Position numbers and translations under genes: made by a program. Shown one piece after another: positions 28,944-39,324 of a DNA stretch of 64,000 nt. A model generated the notes under the pieces. It made no database searches. It was not told the DNA's origin and worked only from the letters and a program-made list of their open reading frames with translations. Within the stretch, counting starts at the first letter, position 1. Each line of letters starts with the position of its first letter. The stretch comes from an uncultured Pseudomonadota bacterium (GTDB lineage Bacteria > Pseudomonadota > Alphaproteobacteria > Rs-D84), in the NCBI GenBank assembly GCA_902781465.1, contig CACZJK010000003.1, positions 12,054 through 76,053 on the forward strand, in the 5' to 3' direction.

Positions 28944-29636
28944 TTACCAAGATGCTGTATCTGAATCAAGTGGGTCGCCACGTCCATCCAAAACATCGTA
29001 TTGAACAACCTGAATCCCCAGCGGATTATCGCGCAGTTTTTCCAGGTAATCCAACGTTCCAGATGTATTTTCATCCAGATCAGATTTTATCCTTATTTGT
29101 ATCTTATAATTTTTTTGCGTGGTCTGTCCACCAATATTTTCACAAAGCCAGGTAAATTTTACATTATATGTGTCATTAGACATTCTTAATACCGGTTCGT
29201 CATTATTTGGACTGGAAAAATTGACACTGCAAGAAATGTTAGGCAATTGTTCGCCCAATGCGAATTCTTTATACAGTTTTGTTTGAACCAATTTTTCAAA
29301 AACTTTATTTGACGACCAAGGTTTTACAATACGCGACCAATTTTTGCGTGTGATTCCTGGTTGTGTAGAAAGTGTATTACGCGCGATTACATATTCACGT
29401 ATAAAGCCAGCCTTGTACCGATTAAGGGCGTTTTTATTACTGTTGTCCGGGACCAATGGTTCAATAATAACATTTGCCGAACGGGTAGGGGTCTGTAAAA
29501 AGAAAACTTCCGGTCTTTCCAGCGGTATCATTTTCCACAAAGTGAACACCATTGCGCACATCACAACAATCGACGTAGCCAGTACAAACGTCAATATTCT
29601 GGACAGCAAAACAGGTGGTTCTACCGTTTTTACCAC
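28944..29636 (-). CDS. virB8: Type IV secretion system protein VirB8 family
   Basis: 230 aa. GTG start 7 nt after AGGAG. Single N-terminal TM, periplasmic domain ending with the VirB8-like NPLGIQVVQY motif. Sits directly upstream of virB9-virB10. Confidence 0.75.
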   Translation of the reverse strand: MVKTVEPPVLLSRILTFVLATSIVVMCAMVFTLWKMIPLERPEVFFLQTPTRSANVIIEPLVPDNSNKNALNRYKAGFIREYVIARNTLSTQPGITRKNWSRIVKPWSSNKVFEKLVQTKLYKEFALGEQLPNISCSVNFSSPNNDEPVLRMSNDTYNVKFTWLCENIGGQTTQKNYKIQIRIKSDLDENTSGTLDYLEKLRDNPLGIQVVQYDVLDGRGDPLDSDTASW

Positions 29637-29711
29637 AAGAGACTCCTACATATTTACACAGATTGTAGACAATTTTATTCACATAGCGCAAGCAAAAAAT
29701 GAAGTAATTTT

Positions 29712-30482
29712 TTACCGATTTGTTTCCATACTGTCATCAAAGACAGAATAAGTATTATTTTCAAAACTTACTTTTAATTTTCTTTCGGTTGAAATATTCA
29801 TTGGTATATCGGCCAGGGTCATATTCGCAGAATAAATATTTCCATTTACATTTATATATAAACGATGCTCGCTTGGGTGCGCTGGCGTTTGATGTAAATA
29901 GATTATTTCGTTGCCAATATGTAAAATGCGACCACATTGTGTGGCGGTCCACATACCGGCCGGCGCGAAAGGATGTTCAACCGGGCAGGGTGTTATACCC
30001 TGAGTAGTTGTTTCGTTAAAAGTATAAGTTCCACCCGAACAATAATTATCGCTTTGGCATTTTGTACAATTATCAACACCGGCCGGTAAATAATACCCCG
30101 GGGTACAGGTATGAACATTTGGGGTGAATACAGGGCTTATATTTGCGGTATTATTTAATGATTTTGTAAAATCTGTTCTGCACCCATTTTTTATATCCGA
30201 GGTGATAAAAGTTTTGAATTTAGCGCCCTGGGTATCAGTTTCGTTAAAAGTAAAATTGCCACCATTACAATCATAATATTCAGGACATATAACACAACCA
30301 TCATTATTTGCCGGAACATAATAACCGGAATTACATTGATATTGGTTTGGTGTAAATGTAGCCGATAAATAAGTGTCATTATTTAAACCAGACGAACAAC
30401 CGTTTGGAACGTTGGATATAATCAAATCATCCGCAAATGCAGATATTGGTAATATTAAAAAGATAAATAATAAGTTTTTCAT
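29712..30482 (-). other. B1 module: potentially independently translated Cys-rich secreted protein (256 aa)
   Basis: Internal ATG at 30482 gives MKNLLFIFLILPISAFADD (signal peptide). Followed by two ~70-aa Cys-rich repeats and a C-terminal domain. Confidence 0.5.
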
Positions 30483-31397
30483 TTGTGTCTTTTTTTGATT
30501 CTCCCCTTGGGGGGAGAGGGCCCGCAGGGCGAGGGAGGTTAAGATTCCAGATAACTTATTATCAGTGAACCCTCCCCCCGGCTGCGCCGCACCCCCTCCA
30601 AAGGGGGATTCTGTTAATACTGGGCCCGCTATAAATTGTCCTGTGCCTTGGTTGTAATAAAATTTCCCTTCTACTTTGTCAAACATACATGGGACACCAT
30701 CTTCATCAAGAACAGGAATAAAATCACGAACAAGAACGTCGTTTTCCCATATTTTTGCATAAAATATTTTTGCTGTTGAAATTTCACTCGGGCTATCTCC
30801 CCCACTATATTTATGGCCTGCAAACAAATATAATGAATGCGTTCGTTCAAATACACCAGACTGTGTATAGGTGTTTATTTGGTTTAATGTTTCGTTATTT
30901 TGAATTATTTGTGCAGATGTTGACATAACTTGTATTGAAGCGGTAATAACATCAGAATTCCTGCATTCCGCATTTGTAATATGATAACTGTTAAAATAGT
31001 ATATACATTTGTTATTTTGTACAACTAAAGGTGCGAAATAACTATATTGTACATTTGATGCTCTTGTTGAAGTTAGACCAGCAAAATCCATCGTACCAGA
31101 AGACAACGATTGTACTCTTATTTTAAATTTTGTTCCTATTTTTGGAATATATTCTGTATCAATATATTGTGTTCCTGTGCTTTCAAGATATTCAATCGGT
31201 GTATAGTTTACTATTTCCCACCCAGTAAATGTATATCCATATTTTGTTGGTGGGGTGGTGGGTATATTTAAATCACTATCAACAGTGCAGGTTGAATTTT
31301 GATATGTTGAACCATCTTCATTTAACCAATGCAGGTTTATAGTATCGGCGTATGCCCCAAAACACAATATTGATAATAATACTAAAAACTTTTTCAT
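29712..31397 (-). CDS. Read-through ORF fusing a List-Bact-repeat-like secreted protein (A1) to a Cys-rich repeat protein (B1)
   Basis: Track ORF 29712..31409. The ATG at 31397 gives signal peptide MKKFLVLLSILCFGAYA. The N-terminal half is paralogous to 62920..63642 and the C-terminal half to 63639..>64000. The halves are joined by a 45-codon GC-rich linker with no stop codon, and B1's own ATG and signal peptide are retained internally at 30482. Confidence 0.7.
   Translation of the reverse strand: MKKFLVLLSILCFGAYADTINLHWLNEDGSTYQNSTCTVDSDLNIPTTPPTKYGYTFTGWEIVNYTPIEYLESTGTQYIDTEYIPKIGTKFKIRVQSLSSGTMDFAGLTSTRASNVQYSYFAPLVVQNNKCIYYFNSYHITNAECRNSDVITASIQVMSTSAQIIQNNETLNQINTYTQSGVFERTHSLYLFAGHKYSGGDSPSEISTAKIFYAKIWENDVLVRDFIPVLDEDGVPCMFDKVEGKFYYNQGTGQFIAGPVLTESPFGGGAAQPGGGFTDNKLSGILTSLALRALSPQGENQKKTQMKNLLFIFLILPISAFADDLIISNVPNGCSSGLNNDTYLSATFTPNQYQCNSGYYVPANNDGCVICPEYYDCNGGNFTFNETDTQGAKFKTFITSDIKNGCRTDFTKSLNNTANISPVFTPNVHTCTPGYYLPAGVDNCTKCQSDNYCSGGTYTFNETTTQGITPCPVEHPFAPAGMWTATQCGRILHIGNEIIYLHQTPAHPSEHRLYINVNGNIYSANMTLADIPMNISTERKLKVSFENNTYSVFDDSMETNR
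29982..30404 (-). repeat. Tandem ~70-aa Cys-rich repeats in B1
   Basis: NGC..LNN...TFTPNQYQCNSGYYVPANNDGCVICPEYYDCNGGNFTFNETDTQG versus NGC..LNN...VFTPNVHTCTPGYYLPAGVDNCTKCQSDNYCSGGTYTFNETTTQG. The same unit occurs in B2. Confidence 0.8.
30495..30612. repeat. GC-rich imperfect palindromic (MITE/REP/RPE-like) element
   Basis: Left arm ctccccttggggggagagggcccgcagggcgagggaggttaag. AT-rich centre attccagataacttattatca. The right arm gtgaaccctccccccggctgcgccgcaccccctccaaaggggga is roughly the reverse complement of the left. GATTCT is directly repeated at both ends (30497, 30606). GC content contrasts sharply with the flanks. Confidence 0.65.
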
Positions 31398-31665
31398 CCT
31401 TTCCCCCATTGTTTGGTGTCGCCTTGTAGGGGTTTTTGTTTGATTGTCTTTTTATTCCCATGGCAATAAACAAAAACCGCGCTTATGATAAAGGCGGTTG
31501 GAGGTCAAAGACTATTTATTAGCAGAAAATAGCGTGCTTATTCTGCCCAAATGAAACAGATGGACATTATTCGCAACCCTCCAACCCAAATATTGGAGGA
31601 ATTTTACGTCCCCGCGGACGCTGCTAATATACGAGGTCTTTGCTCCCCAACACATATTCTGTGTC
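31398..31665 (-). promoter_or_regulatory. Long structured 5' leader (candidate attenuator/riboswitch), copy 1
   Basis: Hairpin cgtccgcggggacg (31607-31620). Segment 1 cctccaa (31593-31599). Segment 2 ggttggagg (31578-31586). Segment 3 cctccaacc (31496-31504), overlapping the terminator arm. Blocks shared with 62715-62919. Confidence 0.5.
31467..31499 (-). terminator. Leader terminator hairpin plus T-run (copy 1)
   Basis: Minus-strand sense: AACCGC-ctttatcataagc-GCGGTT followed by TTTGTTT. Lies ~70 nt upstream of the A1 start. Confidence 0.45.
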
Positions 31666-31671
31666 AAACGA

Positions 31672-31701
31672 ATTATAACATATAAATATAACTTTCTGCA
31701 A
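31672..31701 (-). promoter_or_regulatory. Sigma70-like promoter (TTGCAG-N18-TATAAT) for the A1/B1 leader
   Basis: -35 at 31696-31701 and -10 at 31672-31677 (minus strand). Same architecture as 62680-62708. Confidence 0.5.
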
Positions 31702-31712
31702 TACTTTTTCGC

Positions 31713-31741
31713 TTGCGTAAAAAAGTGAAAACCTTTATAAT
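31713..31741 (+). promoter_or_regulatory. Sigma70-like promoter (TTGCGT-N17-TATAAT) upstream of tRNA-Trp
   Basis: -35 at 31713-31718 and -10 at 31736-31741. Back-to-back with the divergent A1 promoter. Confidence 0.4.
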
Positions 31742-31852
31742 ATTTCCGCTTGATTTTTGATAATGGTGTGCTATGCTCTAAGCGATTATCAGTATAAAAT
31801 GGCATAAATGCCGGGGTGTTGGTATGGATTGCAAAGCATAGACGAGTTATAG

Positions 31853-31926
31853 AGGGGCTTAGTTCAACGGTAGAATATCGGTCTCCAAAACCGCGGATGA
31901 GGGTTCGATTCCTTCAGCCCCTGCCA
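31853..31926 (+). tRNA. trnW: tRNA-Trp (anticodon CCA)
   Basis: 74 nt. Acceptor AGGGGCT/AGCCCCT, D arm GTTC/GAAT, anticodon loop CTCCAAA, T arm GAGGG-TTCGATT-CCTTC, encoded CCA. Confidence 0.93.
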
Positions 31927-31965
31927 GAAAAAAACTGATAAAACGCGCGAAACCTAGGAAAAAAT

Positions 31966-32145
31966 ATGAAAAAAATAATAGACTTTATAAAATCAGTACG
32001 CAGCGAATGGTTCAAAATCGTTTGGCCAACGCGTGAAACTGTTATTCATACTACATTTATGATATTGTTATTTTCTGGTTTGGCCGCTTTGTTCTTTTTT
32101 GTTGTAGACAGCATTTTAAATGCTTTGGTGAACTGGATATTCTAA
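31966..32145 (+). CDS. secE: Preprotein translocase subunit SecE (59 aa; below the ORF-track cutoff)
   Basis: MKKIIDFIKSVRSEWFKIVWPTRETVIHTTFMILLFSGLAALFFFVVDSILNALVNWIF. Has the KV.WP.R.E motif plus a single TM. Canonical position between tRNA-Trp and nusG. Confidence 0.88.
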   Translation: MKKIIDFIKSVRSEWFKIVWPTRETVIHTTFMILLFSGLAALFFFVVDSILNALVNWIF

Positions 32146-32158
32146 AAAGGGATGGAAT

Positions 32159-32704
32159 ATGGAAGAAAAAATGCAGTGGTTTGTCGTTAATGTTCATACT
32201 TCTTGCGAAGACAAAGTCGCACGTGAATTGCGTGAACAAATCGATAAACGTAAATTAAATGCTTATTTTGGTGAAATTTTGGTTCCTACGCGCGAAGTTT
32301 CTGAAATCAAAGCAGGTAAACGCGTTAAAACAGAAAAGAAATTTTTCCCAGGCTATATCGTTGTTCAAATGGTTATGAACAATGAAACATTTTCTTTGGT
32401 TAAATTGATGCCAAACGTTGTTATGTTCTTGGGTCAAAAAGTTAAAAACCAATCTAAACCTATTCCTATCAGTGAAGCAGAAGCACGCCGCCTGTTAAAG
32501 CAGGTCGAAGAAGGTTCTGTTATCACAGAAGATACTGTCTATGAAGATGGCCAAGAAGTTCATGTTATTGATGGGCCATTTGCGAACTTTAATGGTATCG
32601 CATCTAATGTTGATAATGTAAAACAAAAAATGACAGTGACGATTTTAGTATTTGGTCGTGAAACCAGTGTTGAATTGGATTTCGCCCAAGTCGAAAGAAT
32701 TTAA
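32159..32704 (+). CDS. nusG: Transcription termination/antitermination factor NusG
   Basis: 181 aa. WFVVNVHTSCEDKV NGN start and a C-terminal KOW (GQEVHVIDGPFANFNG). Confidence 0.95.
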   Translation: MEEKMQWFVVNVHTSCEDKVARELREQIDKRKLNAYFGEILVPTREVSEIKAGKRVKTEKKFFPGYIVVQMVMNNETFSLVKLMPNVVMFLGQKVKNQSKPIPISEAEARRLLKQVEEGSVITEDTVYEDGQEVHVIDGPFANFNGIASNVDNVKQKMTVTILVFGRETSVELDFAQVERI

Positions 32705-32780
32705 TCGCAAGATTAAATAAACCACGTGGTAGATGCGCCACATCGCACCACAACACTAACAAATAAAAATGGAGTGAATT

Positions 32781-33212
32781 ATGGCAAAAAAAGAACTTAA
32801 AGGGATTGTTAAACTGGTTGTGCCAGCGAAACAAGCTAACCCAGCTCCTCCTATTGGACCAGCTTTGGGTGCTGCGGGTGTTAACATCGCAGAATTCTGT
32901 AAACAATTTAATGACAAAACAGCGGATAAAGAACCAGGAATGCCAATTCCTTGCATAATCACTGTTTATACAGATCGCAGTTTCGAATTTATTATGAAAT
33001 TGCCACCTGTGTCATATTATATTAAAAAAGCTTTGGGATTGAAAATTGGTTCTCATAAACCAGGCCGCGATTTCGTTGGTAAAATCTCAAAAGCTCAAAT
33101 CGAAGAAATTGCAAAGAACAAAATGCCTGACTTGAATTGCTCTACTGTTGAATCAGCATGCAATATCGTTGCTGGTCAATGCCGTTCTATGGGCGTAAAG
33201 GTGGAGGACTAA
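32781..33212 (+). CDS. rplK: 50S ribosomal protein L11
   Basis: 143 aa. [26 protein letters not shown] signature. Confidence 0.97.
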   Translation: MAKKELKGIVKLVVPAKQANPAPPIGPALGAAGVNIAEFCKQFNDKTADKEPGMPIPCIITVYTDRSFEFIMKLPPVSYYIKKALGLKIGSHKPGRDFVGKISKAQIEEIAKNKMPDLNCSTVESACNIVAGQCRSMGVKVED

Positions 33213-33215
33213 GTT

Positions 33216-33890
33216 ATGAAAGTTACAAAAAGAAAACAAACTTGGGCCAACTTGGACACCAAAAAAGTTTATGCTTTGGACGAAGCAATCGAAGCTTTGC
33301 GTGGTTTTTGTTCTAAAAAATTCGACGAAAGTTTGGAAATCGCAATCAGATTGGGTATTGATGTAGCGAAAGCAGATCAAAATATCCGTGGTATGTTATC
33401 TTTGCCAAATGGCACTGGTAAAAAAGTCCGCGTTGCAGTATTTACAATCAATTCACAAGAAGAAGCTAAAAAGGCTGGCGCTGATGTTATCGGTGGCGAA
33501 GAATTGATTGACAAAGTTGCAAACGGATTCTTGGATTTCGATCGTGTTATTGCTACACCTGATATGATGCCAAAGATGTCAAAAGTTGCACGTGTTTTGG
33601 GACCAAAAGGCTTGATGCCAAATCCTAAATTAGGAACAGTCACAAACAACGTAGCAGAAGCAGTTGCCAGTGCAAAAGCAGGACAAATTGAATACCGTGC
33701 TGAAAAGAAAGGTATTATCCATGCTGGTATTGGTAAAATGTCTTTTGAAACATCCAAATTGGTCGAAAATGCAAATGCTTTGATCGAACAATTGAAAAAA
33801 GTTAAACCTGCATCCGCAAAAGGTCAATACATTTTGGGTTGCAGTGTTGCGACAACTCAAGGCCCAGGTCTGAAAGTTGAAGTAAAATAA
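33216..33890 (+). CDS. rplA: 50S ribosomal protein L1
   Basis: 224 aa. FDESLEIAIRLGIDVAKADQNIRG, PDMMPKMSKVARVLGPKGLMPNPK. Confidence 0.97.
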   Translation: MKVTKRKQTWANLDTKKVYALDEAIEALRGFCSKKFDESLEIAIRLGIDVAKADQNIRGMLSLPNGTGKKVRVAVFTINSQEEAKKAGADVIGGEELIDKVANGFLDFDRVIATPDMMPKMSKVARVLGPKGLMPNPKLGTVTNNVAEAVASAKAGQIEYRAEKKGIIHAGIGKMSFETSKLVENANALIEQLKKVKPASAKGQYILGCSVATTQGPGLKVEVK

Positions 33891-34073
33891 TTTTATGGTG
33901 GGACAATCCCACCATAAACCGAGATTTCTGTCCAAGACTGATGGTGTGAAGATAATCACTTAATTCCCATCATAGACAAAGAAAAATTCTTTGGGGCAGG
34001 AACAAAAGCCCCACCCGTGGGAGAACCCACAGATGGAAAGATTAACAAAAGAAGCTTAAAAGGATATATAAAG
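33891..34073 (+). promoter_or_regulatory. rplJ (L10) leader region with GC-rich hairpins
   Basis: ATGGTGGGA-caa-TCCCACCAT (33895-33915). TGGGGC/GCCCCA (33992-34013). GTGGG-agaa-CCCAC (34017-34030). This is the position of the autoregulatory L10 leader in other bacteria. Confidence 0.5.
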
Positions 34074-34553
34074 ATGAGACGCGAAGAAAAATCAGATTTG
34101 ATTTCAGCGTTGCAGTCGTCCTTGAAAGAAGCAGACGGTGTTTTCGTTATTGAAAACCATGGTTTGACTGTAAAAGAAATGGAATCTTTGCGTAATGAAT
34201 TACGCCCATTGGTTTCTGTTTTCAAAGTTGTCAAAAACCGTTTGATGAAATTGGCGTTGAAAGACACTAATTTCGAAGCTGTATCTGATTTGATGAAACA
34301 TCCAACAGCAGTTGCAGTTGCAACAGATGCTTTGGCTGTGACAAAAGTATTGGCTAAATTTGCCGAAGAACACCAAAATTTGACAATTTTGGGTGGTAAA
34401 ATGGATGCAGAACTTCTGGATGTGAACGGCGTTGTGCAATTATCCAAGCTTCCATCCTTGCTGGAAATTCGTGGTACTATCGCACGTATATTGGTAGAAC
34501 CAGCTTCACGTCTTGCACGTGTTTCAGCAGAGTATGGAAAAAAAGAAAATTAA
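34074..34553 (+). CDS. rplJ: 50S ribosomal protein L10
   Basis: The ATG at 34074 gives MRREEKSDLISALQSSLKEADGVFVIENHGLTVKEMESLR. The track ORF 34017 extends into the leader. Confidence 0.93.
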   Translation: MRREEKSDLISALQSSLKEADGVFVIENHGLTVKEMESLRNELRPLVSVFKVVKNRLMKLALKDTNFEAVSDLMKHPTAVAVATDALAVTKVLAKFAEEHQNLTILGGKMDAELLDVNGVVQLSKLPSLLEIRGTIARILVEPASRLARVSAEYGKKEN

Positions 34554-34577
34554 TAAAAACTCACAAGGAGTATTAAA

Positions 34578-34946
34578 ATGGCAGATATTCAAAAAATCGT
34601 TGAAGAATTGTCAAAATTGACTGTTCAAGAAGCAGTTGAATTATCAAAAGCATTGGAAGAAACATGGGGCGTAAGCGCTGCTGCTGCTGCTGCAGTTGCT
34701 GCTGGTCCTGCTGCTGCTGGTGCTGCTGAAGAAAAAACAGAATTTGATGTTGTATTGGCTGACGCTGGTGCAAACAAATTGGCTGTTATCAAAGCTGTTA
34801 AAGACATCACAGGTTTGGGTTTAGGCGAAGCAAAAGCTTTGGTTGAATCTGCACCAAAAACAGTAAAAGAAGCAGTTGCTAAAGATGAAGCTGAAAAAAT
34901 GAAAGCAACATTGGAAGCAGCTGGTGCAAAAGTAGAAATGAAATAA
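34578..34946 (+). CDS. rplL: 50S ribosomal protein L7/L12
   Basis: 122 aa. Ala-rich hinge and C-terminal [24 protein letters not shown]. Confidence 0.97.
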   Translation: MADIQKIVEELSKLTVQEAVELSKALEETWGVSAAAAAAVAAGPAAAGAAEEKTEFDVVLADAGANKLAVIKAVKDITGLGLGEAKALVESAPKTVKEAVAKDEAEKMKATLEAAGAKVEMK

Positions 34947-35006
34947 TTTCTATTTTTAATCGAAATCGCAAGATTTCAAAATAATTGCAGAAATGCAATT
35001 TTCGCC

Positions 35007-35037
35007 GCCCGCCCTGATGTAAAAATCTACGGCGGGC
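35007..35037 (+). promoter_or_regulatory. GC hairpin in the rplL-rpoB spacer (attenuator/processing-site candidate)
   Basis: GCCCGCC (35007-35013) pairs with GGCGGGC (35031-35037). No clear T-run follows. Confidence 0.35.
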
Positions 35038-35113
35038 ACACAGGCGTAAAAAGGTTTTATACTTTTTTCGTTTGCAAAACACACAAAAAAGACAAATAAA
35101 AAGGATTCAGAAA

Positions 35114-39249
<4,136 letters not shown>

Positions 39250-39250
<1 letters not shown>

Positions 39251-39288
39251 TGGCCGGGCCACGGGTGGTTCCCCCACCCGCCGGCCAC
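39250..39288 (+). other. Strong GC-rich hairpin immediately after the rpoB stop
   Basis: GTGGCCGG-(gcca bulge)-CGGGTGG ttcc CCCACCCG-CCGGCCAC. No T-run follows. Confidence 0.6.
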
Positions 39289-39324
39289 AAGGCACTTTTA
39301 GTGACTTAAAAGGAGCAAAAAAAC

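Noticed and set aside
33956-34447. 163-aa minus-strand ORF opposite the rplJ leader and rplJ.
   Set aside because: It overlaps a ribosomal protein gene and its leader, with no independent coding signal.
34675-34735. GCT/GCA-rich trinucleotide tract that looks like a microsatellite.
   Set aside because: It encodes the normal Ala-rich flexible hinge of ribosomal protein L7/L12.
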